From: an uncultured Verrucomicrobiales bacterium
Lineage (GTDB): Bacteria > Verrucomicrobiota > Verrucomicrobiia > Verrucomicrobiales > DEV007
Length of the DNA: 28,505 nt
Direction of reading: 5' to 3'
Assembly (NCBI GenBank): GCA_938091905.1
Contig: CALKOM010000109.1
Span: 1 to 28,505 of the forward strand
In this document: piece by piece, positions 8,148-17,425 of the stretch
Layout of the letters: the number at the start of each line of letters is the position of its first letter
Numbering within the stretch: the stretch's first letter is position 1
Made by a program: the position numbers and the translations under genes
Notes under the pieces: model-generated
Told to the model about the DNA's origin: nothing
What the model saw: only the letters and a program-made list of their open reading frames with translations
Database searches by the model: none

Positions 8148-9626
8148 TCATTTCGCGCGTCTTCCGCGATGATAGGGAGAATTCTGGGGGATTCCGGCGT
8201 TGGTAGCCGCGTTCTTGGGAATGCCTTCAAGGAGCTTTGATTTGATCTCGGCATGATCGAGTTCGTTGGCGAGATTTTTGAACTCGTTCGGGTCGTTCTC
8301 GAGATCGTAGAGTTCCTCAAAACCATCTGAGTAACGAATGTAGCGGTACCTGGCGTCGCTGACGGCATGGGAAGGCTCGTTTCCATCACGGTGAAACGCG
8401 AAGGAGGTGAGGGATGTCCGGCTATCGATCGCCACCGGATTCTGAATCTGTTTCATCAGAGATTTGCCGGTGCATTGTTCGGGTATGGGCAAATCCGTTA
8501 GGTCGCACAACGTCGGGTAGAGGTCTGTCAGCGTGGCCGGCTGGCGGGTTTTGGCACCATCTTTGGAGACGCCTGGCGCATGAATGAACAAGGGAGTGCG
8601 AGTCGTTTGATCCCAGAGCGCAAACTTTTCCCAGTTCTCTTTCTCGCCGATATGGAAGCCGTGATCCGACCAAAGGACGATGATGGTGTTCTTTGCGATC
8701 GGCGAAGCGTCCAAGCCATCAAGCAATCGCCCAAGTTGGTGGTCGACATAACTGATAGAAGCGAGATAACCGCGCATGAGATGCTTCCATTGCTTATTGT
8801 CAGTGACCCACTTGTGCCAGCCTTCGCGACCGTGGCTGCGCGCGTCAGCTAGGTCCTTCTTCAGGTGTTCGGGAAGTTGCACTTCGGCTTCTGGATAGAG
8901 ATCGAACCATTTCTGGGGCACTTCCCACGGGATGTGCGGACGGAAGAGTCCGACCGCAAGGAAGAGCGGTTGATCGCCAGGCGCCTTGAACTGGTCGACG
9001 GCCCAATCGACGACCGCGCCATCGCCCTGACTAGCGTTGAGCGATAAGGGAGCGGCACCGAACAGATGACGGCCCAGTGGACGCTTGCCCGTGAAGCCGA
9101 CGTTCTGATCTTGTGTCTTTGTGAACTCGGGTCGAGGCCAGTCTGCGGAAATTGGGTCGAGCGGGTCGCCACGATAGGCGTCCCAGGCATTTGCATCGTT
9201 CTGCGAATCGCCCGGAGTCCATTGGAGCGTGTGGAATATCTTCCCGCCACCAACGGCCCGATAGCCGTGATCGCGAAAGTGTTGGGATAACACGACCGCC
9301 TCTTCCAATACTTTCGACTCGTGCCGCCAACGCGGGCCATACGCGCCGAACAGATTACGATAAATGCCAGACTTGGTGGGATGCACACCGGTCATCACCG
9401 CGACACGCGAAGGATGGCAGGCGGGCGCGGCGCAGTGCGCATTGGCAAAGTTCACCGAGCGTTTCGCCAAGCGATCGAAATTCGGCGTCAGCAGACCGGG
9501 ATGATGATCCAAAGGCGAAATGTAGTCGTTGAGGTCATCGATAGAAATGAAGAGGACGTTCAGCTTCGATTGGGCGGCTCCGCAAACCGCGCCAATCATG
9601 CATAGGAGTGAGATGAGTCTGATCAT
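8148..9626 (-). CDS. Sulfatase (choline-sulfatase/iduronate-2-sulfatase-like), secreted
   Basis: Signal peptide, NVLFISIDDLND, CHPSR formylglycine motif, GKIFH and WSDHGFH. Confidence 0.93.
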   Translation of the reverse strand: MIRLISLLCMIGAVCGAAQSKLNVLFISIDDLNDYISPLDHHPGLLTPNFDRLAKRSVNFANAHCAAPACHPSRVAVMTGVHPTKSGIYRNLFGAYGPRWRHESKVLEEAVVLSQHFRDHGYRAVGGGKIFHTLQWTPGDSQNDANAWDAYRGDPLDPISADWPRPEFTKTQDQNVGFTGKRPLGRHLFGAAPLSLNASQGDGAVVDWAVDQFKAPGDQPLFLAVGLFRPHIPWEVPQKWFDLYPEAEVQLPEHLKKDLADARSHGREGWHKWVTDNKQWKHLMRGYLASISYVDHQLGRLLDGLDASPIAKNTIIVLWSDHGFHIGEKENWEKFALWDQTTRTPLFIHAPGVSKDGAKTRQPATLTDLYPTLCDLTDLPIPEQCTGKSLMKQIQNPVAIDSRTSLTSFAFHRDGNEPSHAVSDARYRYIRYSDGFEELYDLENDPNEFKNLANELDHAEIKSKLLEGIPKNAATNAGIPQNSPYHRGRRAK

Positions 9627-9642
9627 TTGAACTCTGAGTGCT

Positions 9643-11205
9643 TCACTTGGACGATGCTTCGTCGATCACGTCACATTCCCTTTCTTTTAGCTGGCTGCCT
9701 GCCCCAAGGTCTTCGTCCAAGTTGAGGTAATGTCGCTCTTGGGAATCGTAAACTGGCCACTGCGGTGCCCCTTCATGATTTGGATCACCAGTTCGGGCAA
9801 ACTGGACCCAGTAATCGGTGACTTGGTTGGCAATCTTCTGATCGACGGAGCGTTCGTTTGCGTTGGTTAGGGTGTTGAAAACGAAGGTCAACTCGATGGC
9901 GTGCGGCGCTCCGAGGTAGGGATACTGATGGCTGCGTCGGGAGAATTGGTATTGGTAGGCTTGTGAGGATACGTTCTCCATGCCTTCTAACAATTGTCGC
10001 GCGGGATGAACGAACCAGCTATCTGTTACAAACTGTGCGCCAGCCCGTTGCAATTCTTTAGGCGTGTCGCCTGGGTAGAGGGCGGCCACAGACTCGGCTT
10101 TCTCGCCATAGTGCTTGCGCAGCTTGGTTAGAAACTGGTCGCGACTGTCGAGTTTGGTCCAATTGAAGAAGTAGTTTCCTTCGTCTTTGGTCGTGCCGAT
10201 CATCACGGGCACGTTGGCTTGCTTGCCAGCGGCGAAGATGGCGGCTGGTGACTCTGGCAATACATAGCCATCGATCGTGGCACGTGTCCGATAGTAGCCG
10301 GCGGTCTTGACGATGGCGTCTGGCGAGAGGGCGCGAAGATTCTCGATGGCAGCGGTTCCCGTGAGGCCTTCGGTGTGCTTTGAGGCCCATTCCAACCCGA
10401 GTGCCTCGGCGCTTGGCGTGTTCGCGGTCTTGGACTTGAGTCCCACGATGTTAGGTGCAGCGAGTTGATCGATGTAGCCGAACATCCACGGACTCTGAAT
10501 GATGGCGCGGTGAAAGAGGCCTTTAGCGAGAGGCGAAGCGCACAAGACACTGACACTGGTGCCTCCTGCTGATTCTCCAAAGATCGTGACGTTGTCAGGA
10601 TCGCCGCCAAACTCAGCGATGTTGGCCTGGACCCACTGGAGGGCTGCGATCTGATCGAGAAAACCGTAGTTGCCAGAGACGCCCTCCTTAGATTCTGCGG
10701 AGAGACCGGGATGAGCGAGGAACCCTAACGCTCCCAAACGATAGTTGATGGAAACCAGCACGACGTCTCTTTGGGCAAAGGCGGTGCCATCATACATTGC
10801 TTTGTGTCCCCAACTGGTGTTGAGTCCACCACCGTGGATCCATACCATGACGGGCAGCTTGGCTGCGGGTTGCTGAGCGCGCTTTGTCCAGACGTTCAGG
10901 TAGAGACAGTCTTCGCTGATCTCGGCTTTCGCTTTGTTGCGTAGCTTTTGAGGAGCCACCTTGCTGAAGGTGTCGCACACACGAATGCCCTCCCACTTTG
11001 GCGGTGGTTGAGGTGCTCGCCAGCGAAGGTCACCGATTGGTGGGGCGGCGTAGGGGATGCCGCGAAAGACTCGAAGGTTCGAGTCTTTGTCTAACACAAC
11101 ACCGGACACGCGGCCGGACTGCGTGCTGATCGGCGCGGGAGTCTCAGCAATGGCAGGGAGTGGCAATAGGAAGATGCAGATCAAGGACAGCCTGTAAGCT
11201 TTCAT
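9643..11205 (-). CDS. Type-B carboxylesterase (p-nitrobenzyl esterase-like), secreted
   Basis: Signal peptide, FRGIPYAAPP, SEDCLYLNVW, WIHGGG, GESAGG nucleophile and HAIEL. Confidence 0.95.
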   Translation of the reverse strand: MKAYRLSLICIFLLPLPAIAETPAPISTQSGRVSGVVLDKDSNLRVFRGIPYAAPPIGDLRWRAPQPPPKWEGIRVCDTFSKVAPQKLRNKAKAEISEDCLYLNVWTKRAQQPAAKLPVMVWIHGGGLNTSWGHKAMYDGTAFAQRDVVLVSINYRLGALGFLAHPGLSAESKEGVSGNYGFLDQIAALQWVQANIAEFGGDPDNVTIFGESAGGTSVSVLCASPLAKGLFHRAIIQSPWMFGYIDQLAAPNIVGLKSKTANTPSAEALGLEWASKHTEGLTGTAAIENLRALSPDAIVKTAGYYRTRATIDGYVLPESPAAIFAAGKQANVPVMIGTTKDEGNYFFNWTKLDSRDQFLTKLRKHYGEKAESVAALYPGDTPKELQRAGAQFVTDSWFVHPARQLLEGMENVSSQAYQYQFSRRSHQYPYLGAPHAIELTFVFNTLTNANERSVDQKIANQVTDYWVQFARTGDPNHEGAPQWPVYDSQERHYLNLDEDLGAGSQLKERECDVIDEASSK

Positions 11206-11225
11206 GAGGATTTGATGGCATTCGA

Positions 11226-11248
11226 CGGCGACTGAAAGTCACCGCTAC
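11226..11248 (-). repeat. REP, family B (GTAGCGGTGACTTTCAGTCGCCG)
   Basis: GTAG tetranucleotide followed by an 8-bp imperfect hairpin, intergenic; related copies at 25422-25493. Confidence 0.8.
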
Positions 11249-11255
11249 GATTTGG

Positions 11256-12671
11256 TTACTTTGTGTGGATGACGACGGCTTTGGTTTCGGTCATTGCTTC
11301 CACGGCGTACTTGGGGCCTTCCTTGCCCATGCCGCTGCCTTTGAGACCGCCATAGGGCATGAGATCGGTGCGCCAGAAGGGGCTCCAGTTGATGTGAATG
11401 TTGCCGCTTTGCACCTCGCGCGCGAAGCACATGGCGGCGTCGATGTCTTGTGTGAAGACACCTGCGCTGAGTCCGTATTCTGTGTCGTTTGCTAGACGGA
11501 TGGCTTCGTGAACATCTTTGGCCTTCATCACGGTGACCGCCGGGCCAAAGAGTTCTTCGCGATTGATCTTCATCGCACTAGTGGTGTCATTGAGGAGGGT
11601 TGCTTGCATGACGGCACCGTCCCGCTCGCCACCGCAGACCAGTCTCGCACCCTCGTCGACCGCTTGGCTGATCCAATTTTGGACGCGTTCGGCATCAGAA
11701 GTACGCACCATCGGGCCCATGGTGGTGGTGGCGTCTAACTGATTCCCAGCCGTTACGGTGGCGATCTTCGTCTGCAAGCGATCGACCATGGCTTCGTGAA
11801 TTTCATCGGCCACGATGAGTCGCTGAGTGGAAATGCACACTTGGCCGGCATTGGCATAGCCAGACACCGCCACGGCCTGCGCAGCGGCGTCCAGATCGGC
11901 GTCGGGCAACACAATGAGAGGGCAATTGGAACCCAGCTCCATCGTCACCTTTTTCAGACCCGCCACGCGACAGATGTCCTCACCGACTTCACGGCTTCCT
12001 GTGAACGTAATCTTGCGCACACGCGGATCGGCGCAAAGACCACCCCCAATGACGGCACCACTTCCGGTAAGGCATTGTATTCCGAGTGGCGGTAGCCCGG
12101 CTTCTAACAAGATCTTGACGAGCTCCAACGAGACAAGAGGCGTGTCGCTCGCTGGTTTGAGAATAACAGCATTGCCAGCAGCCAACGCGGGGCCGACCTT
12201 GTGACACACGAGATTCAGCGGAAAGTTGAACGGAGAAATGGCGACGACGACACCGCAGGGAACTCGGAGCGTGAAGCCTAACCTATTCCGAACATCCTTG
12301 CCGCCGTCTAACGGAAGTTGTTCTCCAGAGATACGCTTGGCTTCCTCGCCGCTGAGTTCCATGGTTTGCACCGAACGGTCTACTTCCAATCGTGACTCTG
12401 ACAGGGTTTTCCCCTCTTCCTTGCTCAAGAGCTGGGCCAAATCTTCGCTGCGTTGCTGGATGAGGTCTGCCGTTCGTCGCAAGATCTCAAAGCGCTCATA
12501 GCCGGTCGTTTCCGCCATGCTTGCAGCCCCTTTCACTGCGGACTGGAGTGCTGTCTCGATATCGGCTTCCGTCGCCTTGGGGACGACATCGACGATGCTG
12601 TTGTCATAGGGATTGGTAACCTCGATCACCTGATCGCGGCTCTCCCAGTTCCCGTTGAGATAAAATTTCAT
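11256..12671 (-). CDS. NAD(P)-dependent aldehyde dehydrogenase (lactaldehyde/sulfolactaldehyde DH-like subgroup, substrate unknown)
   Basis: PFNFPLNL, FTGS, MELGSN, catalytic GQVC and EELFGP. Confidence 0.95.
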   Translation of the reverse strand: MKFYLNGNWESRDQVIEVTNPYDNSIVDVVPKATEADIETALQSAVKGAASMAETTGYERFEILRRTADLIQQRSEDLAQLLSKEEGKTLSESRLEVDRSVQTMELSGEEAKRISGEQLPLDGGKDVRNRLGFTLRVPCGVVVAISPFNFPLNLVCHKVGPALAAGNAVILKPASDTPLVSLELVKILLEAGLPPLGIQCLTGSGAVIGGGLCADPRVRKITFTGSREVGEDICRVAGLKKVTMELGSNCPLIVLPDADLDAAAQAVAVSGYANAGQVCISTQRLIVADEIHEAMVDRLQTKIATVTAGNQLDATTTMGPMVRTSDAERVQNWISQAVDEGARLVCGGERDGAVMQATLLNDTTSAMKINREELFGPAVTVMKAKDVHEAIRLANDTEYGLSAGVFTQDIDAAMCFAREVQSGNIHINWSPFWRTDLMPYGGLKGSGMGKEGPKYAVEAMTETKAVVIHTK

Positions 12672-12677
12672 AGTTAA

Positions 12678-14168
12678 CTAGAGTTCCATGATGGCCTCGA
12701 CATCAGCCGCCAATGGGTCTGGCTTCGACAGAATCGAAATGCTGATGAAGAGAATGGTTGAGACTAACAAGGCAATGACCCCACCAGCGACCCCGTAGGG
12801 AATGGCGCCGCCGGTCATTTGATAAATCACGATGCCAGCATTGATGACAAGGCTAGAGGCGATGGCGACCGTGGCGGCTCGCTTGGTCGCGCTCCGCCAG
12901 TTGAGCCCGAGCCCGATCACGGGCACTAATGCAGAAGCGAAGACGCCCCAGCCGAAAGCCCCGAGTTGGCCAATGAGCTTGATGGGTGACTGAAGGGCAA
13001 AGAGAGCTGCCAAGACGGCGAGCCCGACCGTGGCGATCCGTGCCCAGAAGAGTTCGCGGGTGATGCCGCGGCCGGTGAAGGCTTTCGGTAGATCATGCAC
13101 GATGGCAGCGGCGCCGATGTTGAGAAAGCCATCGGCCGTCGACATGATGGCGGCGAAGAGTCCCGCGAAGGCGAGCCCTGCGAGGACAGGATGCGCGTAG
13201 TACTGCAGGAATTGGGCAGCAGCGTCGTCGGCTCGGAGGAGTGACTCGTGGTCGCCATTCAAGACGAGCGCGCGCATGAGCAGGCCGATGCTGATCCAGA
13301 GCATCGCCGTGATGGTGTAGCCGATCAAGGTGATGGGCAGTGAAGCGCGAGCATCCTCGACGCGCCGAGTCATCATCATCTTGGTCACGACGTGCGGTTG
13401 CCCGACCACACCTAACGTGAATAGTAAGAACCACGAGAGACAGCCCAGCATGCCTAACGTTCCCCACGTGCTTGCGGACTCGGCGTTGTCGGTGTGGATG
13501 ATCTGCATCATGCCTCCGATGCCGCGATCGACATGACCAATGGCGGTGAAGAAGATGAACACGGCCACGACCATCATCATGAGTCCCTGAAAGAGATCGG
13601 TGTAGACAGAAGCGATGATGCCGCCGGTGACACAATAGAAGACGAGCACCGCGCAAGAGATGGCGACACAGAAGACGACCGATTCGTGGCCCCAAATGCC
13701 ATTCTTGGCGAAGATGTCCTGCAAAACAAACGCCATGGCTTTGATCTGCGTTGCGAGATAGGCGACGACGCCACAGAGAACGGCGATCGCCACGAGGGCG
13801 CGCACCGTGCGGCTTTCATAGCGCGCGGCTGCAATGTCAGGAAGCGACATGGCGTTTCGTTGTTCTGCCAGGAGGCGAATACGTTTGGCGACGAGAAAGA
13901 AAGCCAAGGCCCAGCCGATCGGTGTGGTCACCAAGATCCAGATGGAGCTTGCTCCCATGCGATAGATCAAGCCAGGGCCGCCGACGAAGCCAAAGCCACT
14001 CATGATGCTCGAGAAGAGGGCGACTCCCGTGACAATCACACCGAGGTTGCGGCTGGCCATGAAGAAGTCGTGCGTGTTCTTCGTGCGCTTCATCGCCCAG
14101 AGACCAATGACCAGGCAGAGCAACATGTAACCTGCCACGCAGCTGAGAATGATGGTGTTAGTATCCAT
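12678..14168 (-). CDS. Sodium:solute symporter (PutP/PanF-like)
   Basis: Many TM helices, DFFMASRNLG, GGIIASVYTDLFQG and AAIMSTADG. Start reassigned to ATG 14168 with an AGGAG RBS. Confidence 0.92.
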   Translation of the reverse strand: MDTNTIILSCVAGYMLLCLVIGLWAMKRTKNTHDFFMASRNLGVIVTGVALFSSIMSGFGFVGGPGLIYRMGASSIWILVTTPIGWALAFFLVAKRIRLLAEQRNAMSLPDIAAARYESRTVRALVAIAVLCGVVAYLATQIKAMAFVLQDIFAKNGIWGHESVVFCVAISCAVLVFYCVTGGIIASVYTDLFQGLMMMVVAVFIFFTAIGHVDRGIGGMMQIIHTDNAESASTWGTLGMLGCLSWFLLFTLGVVGQPHVVTKMMMTRRVEDARASLPITLIGYTITAMLWISIGLLMRALVLNGDHESLLRADDAAAQFLQYYAHPVLAGLAFAGLFAAIMSTADGFLNIGAAAIVHDLPKAFTGRGITRELFWARIATVGLAVLAALFALQSPIKLIGQLGAFGWGVFASALVPVIGLGLNWRSATKRAATVAIASSLVINAGIVIYQMTGGAIPYGVAGGVIALLVSTILFISISILSKPDPLAADVEAIMEL

Positions 14169-14673
14169 GGGTATCTCCTCCTGGATACTGGGCTTTGATC
14201 TCCGCGAAACGTTTGGCGTCCGCCGCGGAGTAGATCCAGGCGCGGAAGTGCGTCGCGTAGAGAATGGCGAACAAGGCGGAGGCTGGCCACACCCCAAAGA
14301 CTAACACTGCGGTTGGCCACGGAAATCCTAGGATGAACGGAACACTCTCGTGGTCCTGCGCATACGCTAGCATCAGCGCGCTAAAGACGGCAAAGTAGAT
14401 CAGGGCACCTGCGGCAAGCCATCCTCGTCCGGGACGCCCTTGAGGAATGCTGATGCCGATGGCGACCATGAAGAGGCCAATCTGTGCGGCGCCGTAGATC
14501 CAGCCTAACAACAACTTTCCCTGATGACGTTCCGGCGTGCCACCTTGTTTCATCTCAGCATGACTTGGGTGTGGGCCTCCGGTCGCATCTTGGGGCAAGG
14601 GGCGCGTGATCGCGATCGCCAAGGTCACCGCCGTGAGGATCAATAGGCCAAGTAGGATGAGATAGGATTTCAT
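14158..14673 (-). CDS. Membrane protein, probable symporter accessory subunit
   Basis: 171 aa from ATG 14673 with about 4 TM segments; C-terminal PFILGFPWP...W; overlaps the symporter start by 11 nt. Confidence 0.7.
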   Translation of the reverse strand: MKSYLILLGLLILTAVTLAIAITRPLPQDATGGPHPSHAEMKQGGTPERHQGKLLLGWIYGAAQIGLFMVAIGISIPQGRPGRGWLAAGALIYFAVFSALMLAYAQDHESVPFILGFPWPTAVLVFGVWPASALFAILYATHFRAWIYSAADAKRFAEIKAQYPGGDTHGY

Positions 14674-14683
14674 GCGTAGCTTC

Positions 14684-14749
14684 GTAGCGCTGGCTTTAGC
14701 CGACGTTTCTGTGAGGACAATGGAGAACGCCAACTAAAGTAAGCGCTAC
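14684..14749. repeat. REPIN-like inverted REP pair, family A
   Basis: GTAGCGCTGGCTTTAGCCGACG (14684-14705, +) and the variant GTAGCGCTTACTTTAGTTGGCG (14749-14728, -), immediately 3' of the RAYT gene. Confidence 0.85.
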
Positions 14750-14762
14750 GTTTCGCTTCCCG

Positions 14763-15452
14763 TTAGGATTCATGGTGGTTCGCAAGTGCTTCGGTGAGCC
14801 ATTCTGCTTCCCGATACGAATGATCGGGCAATCGAATGCCAGCTTTGTTCGGGTTCTCTTGAATGTAGTTTCGGAAGGCTATCAATTCTTTGGCATCTCG
14901 AACCAAGTGATCGTAGTATTCACGCTGCCACAGCTTTCCGCTGCGCTTGATCGCTTTGTTGACCAGAAACGCAAAGCCTCCCTTGATCTTCTGCATGGTC
15001 CTTTCCAAATCGAGCCCTTTAATGACGTTCAATAGCAGGTGCACGTGGTTTGGCATGAGGATGAAATCGCCGAGATAATAGTGTGTTCGATCATCTTCGA
15101 GAAGTTTCTCCTGAAGGGTCGCGAGAGCAGGATCGGTACGGAAGTGGCAGGCCCCATGCGCTCGATCGAGATGATGATTCAGTTTGCGGTTGAACTCCCT
15201 ACGGAACTCAAACTGTTCCTTCTTTGAAAGTTTGGATTCAACGTCAGATTGCCAATTTGCGGAGGCTTTGCTGATACCCCGTGCGGCTAAACAGAGCGAT
15301 TTCTCGGATTCCCATTGTTCGGTGATACGTTTAGGCAAGGCATCTGCTATACGAAACGTGATGAAATACGTCGCTCCTTCTTGGCGCCAATGAGGGAGGT
15401 TGCGCCGGTATATCTTAACGGCGTTTTGATCACTGAAAGGTGGGCGATGCAT
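14763..15452 (-). CDS. REP-associated tyrosine transposase (RAYT, IS200-like Y1 HUH enzyme)
   Basis: RRNLPHW...YFITFR, HUH motif MPNHVHLL, LWQREYYDHLVR and catalytic YIQENP; GTAG REPs on both sides. Confidence 0.92.
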   Translation of the reverse strand: MHRPPFSDQNAVKIYRRNLPHWRQEGATYFITFRIADALPKRITEQWESEKSLCLAARGISKASANWQSDVESKLSKKEQFEFRREFNRKLNHHLDRAHGACHFRTDPALATLQEKLLEDDRTHYYLGDFILMPNHVHLLLNVIKGLDLERTMQKIKGGFAFLVNKAIKRSGKLWQREYYDHLVRDAKELIAFRNYIQENPNKAGIRLPDHSYREAEWLTEALANHHES

Positions 15453-15466
15453 GGGGCGATGGGAGA

Positions 15467-15488
15467 CGCCGGCTAAAGCCAGCGCTAC
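15467..15488 (-). repeat. REP, family A (GTAGCGCTGGCTTTAGCCGGCG)
   Basis: GTAG plus hairpin, 14 nt upstream of the RAYT start; identical to 23010-23031. Confidence 0.88.
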
Positions 15489-15500
15489 GGATGCTTAATC

Positions 15501-16676
15501 TTAATAGGAAGCTTTCAATATTTCTAACAAATCGGCTTCTGTTGGACGAACAGGTGAGAGATCCATGAGGCGTTGCAAGGAGAAAGCCGTGGTCGCCAAG
15601 GCGGGCAGTTCCTCTTTCTTGGCCCCCACCTCTTGCAGGTTCTGGGGAAGTCCAGCCGCTTTGCGGAGCTGAATCACGGCAGCGATGGCTGATTCTGCCG
15701 AGGGTTCAGCACCTAAGAAGGTAGCAATGTTTGCCAAGCGTTCCTCCCGGGCAGGCGCCAGGAAGCGCATCACTTCGGGAAGCACAATGCCATTCCCGGC
15801 GCCGTGGGCGCATTGGTAGTGATGGCCGACAGGATACTCTAGCGCATGCGCTAACGCAACACCGCAGTTGGAGAAGGCAAGCCCCCCTAACGTTGCGGCC
15901 AATGCCATTTCTGTACGCGCGTCAATGTTCTGTGGTTGACTCAAGACGGTGAGGAAATGTTCGCCAATCAAACGGATCGCTTTCTCCGCATAGAGGTCTC
16001 CCAAGGGGTGGCTGCCTTCGTAAGCCAAGAGCCCAGAGTCGGGTTCGGCCAAGGAGGTAGAGTCGATGGCGAGGTAGGCTTCGATGGCATGTGTGAGCGC
16101 ATCGATGCCGCTCTCGGCGGTGAGTTTGGGAGGACAGGAAACACTGAGTTCGGGATCCACAAGCGCGATCTCTGGTCTCAAATGAGGACTGATCGCCGCG
16201 GCTTTCATCTGGTTTGCCGTGTTCAGGATCACGGCGGACGCAGACGATTCGCTTCCCGTACCTGCCGTGGTGGGGACACAAATGAGAGGGCCGATGGGGC
16301 AGGGAATTTGGTCAAACCCTAACAAAGAGGCAGGCACCTTGTCCGAACAAACACTGGCACAAGTGAGCTTCGCCAAATCCATGTTGCTACCGCCGCCAAT
16401 GGCAATGGTAACGTCGGGCTGAAATTCTCGCATCGCCTCAGCGCAACGTTCCACCGCATCTGTCGAGGGCTCGATCTCGCCGTCAGCATAGGAATGGACC
16501 TCGCCCTTCACCGCAGCTTGAGCACGATCAATGATTCCCAGCGACACCATGATAGGATCCGTGATGATCATCGCGCGTTTCCCTTGGAGCCGAGAAACAA
16601 CGCCGCCCAGCGATTCGAGCGCACCCGCGCCAAATAGAAGGCGATTGTTAGAGTAGCTGTTCCAGGTCGTTCTCAC
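15501..16676 (-). CDS. Iron-containing alcohol dehydrogenase (hydroxyacid-oxoacid transhydrogenase-like)
   Basis: IGGGSNMD, PTTAGTGSE, DALTHAIEAY and the ALAH...HG metal ligands; AYEGSHPLGD insertion. Confidence 0.9.
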   Translation of the reverse strand: MRTTWNSYSNNRLLFGAGALESLGGVVSRLQGKRAMIITDPIMVSLGIIDRAQAAVKGEVHSYADGEIEPSTDAVERCAEAMREFQPDVTIAIGGGSNMDLAKLTCASVCSDKVPASLLGFDQIPCPIGPLICVPTTAGTGSESSASAVILNTANQMKAAAISPHLRPEIALVDPELSVSCPPKLTAESGIDALTHAIEAYLAIDSTSLAEPDSGLLAYEGSHPLGDLYAEKAIRLIGEHFLTVLSQPQNIDARTEMALAATLGGLAFSNCGVALAHALEYPVGHHYQCAHGAGNGIVLPEVMRFLAPAREERLANIATFLGAEPSAESAIAAVIQLRKAAGLPQNLQEVGAKKEELPALATTAFSLQRLMDLSPVRPTEADLLEILKASY

Positions 16677-17425
16677 ATCGTCCGCCCTCCATCGACCGTC
16701 AGCAGTTGCCCTGTGGTCATGCTCGTTCCGTTCGCCAGATAGCAGACGGTGTCCGCTATGTCTTCAGGCTTGGATAATTTCGGAATCGGGAAACTCGCGA
16801 CACGATCGGCGATGGCCTCCTCCGTCATGCCTTCGCGTAGCCATCGGCTATCAATGGGCCCCGGACACACCGCGTTCACTCGAATATTAGGAGCCAAGGT
16901 ACGCGCCAAGGACTTTGTGAGGGTGTTGAGAGCGCCTTTGCTTGCACAGTAGGCGAGCGACGATCCCGCGCCGGAGATTCCGGCGACGGAAGACACATTG
17001 ACGATAGCAGAACTTGGCTGCTGCTGCAGAAGCCGAGTTGCGGCGCGAATGACGAAGAATGGCCCCTTCGTGTTCACGGCAAAGATGACGTCCCATTTCT
17101 CCTCGGTCATGCCGTCCAAGTCGGCGTGATCCACGAAGTGGGTGAATCCCGCCGCATTCACCACCGCATCCAGCCGCTCAAAGGCCTGTTCGACTTTCGC
17201 GATCATGGAGATGACTTCTTGATCGACGCTGACATCACATTTTATCAAAAGCGCCTCGCGCCCTTGCTCTTTCACCAAGCGCACCGTCTCTTCGGCCTCT
17301 TCGTGATCGGCGCCAGGGTAGTTCACGACCACATCAAATCCCTGCGTGGCCAGCTTCACCGCGCAGGCACGTCCGACGCCCGTGGCGGAACCGGTGACCA
17401 GGGCTACTTGCGTCTCATTCATCAT
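16673..17425 (-). CDS. Short-chain dehydrogenase/reductase (FabG-like)
   Basis: TGSATGVG, NAAG, catalytic YCASK and IRVNAVCPG. Start reassigned to ATG 17425 (ATGA overlap with pcaF). Confidence 0.92.
   Translation of the reverse strand: MMNETQVALVTGSATGVGRACAVKLATQGFDVVVNYPGADHEEAEETVRLVKEQGREALLIKCDVSVDQEVISMIAKVEQAFERLDAVVNAAGFTHFVDHADLDGMTEEKWDVIFAVNTKGPFFVIRAATRLLQQQPSSAIVNVSSVAGISGAGSSLAYCASKGALNTLTKSLARTLAPNIRVNAVCPGPIDSRWLREGMTEEAIADRVASFPIPKLSKPEDIADTVCYLANGTSMTTGQLLTVDGGRTM

Noticed and set aside
9643..11205. Esterase as a replacement for PcaD enol-lactone hydrolase
   Set aside because: It is a 520-aa type-B carboxylesterase with a signal peptide, whereas PcaD is a smaller cytoplasmic hydrolase.
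15501..16676. Maleylacetate reductase feeding 3-oxoadipate to PcaIJ
   Set aside because: Same superfamily, but it has PTTAGTGSE and a HOT-like insertion instead of the PTTYAGSE motif I associate with maleylacetate reductases. Not excluded without a phylogeny.
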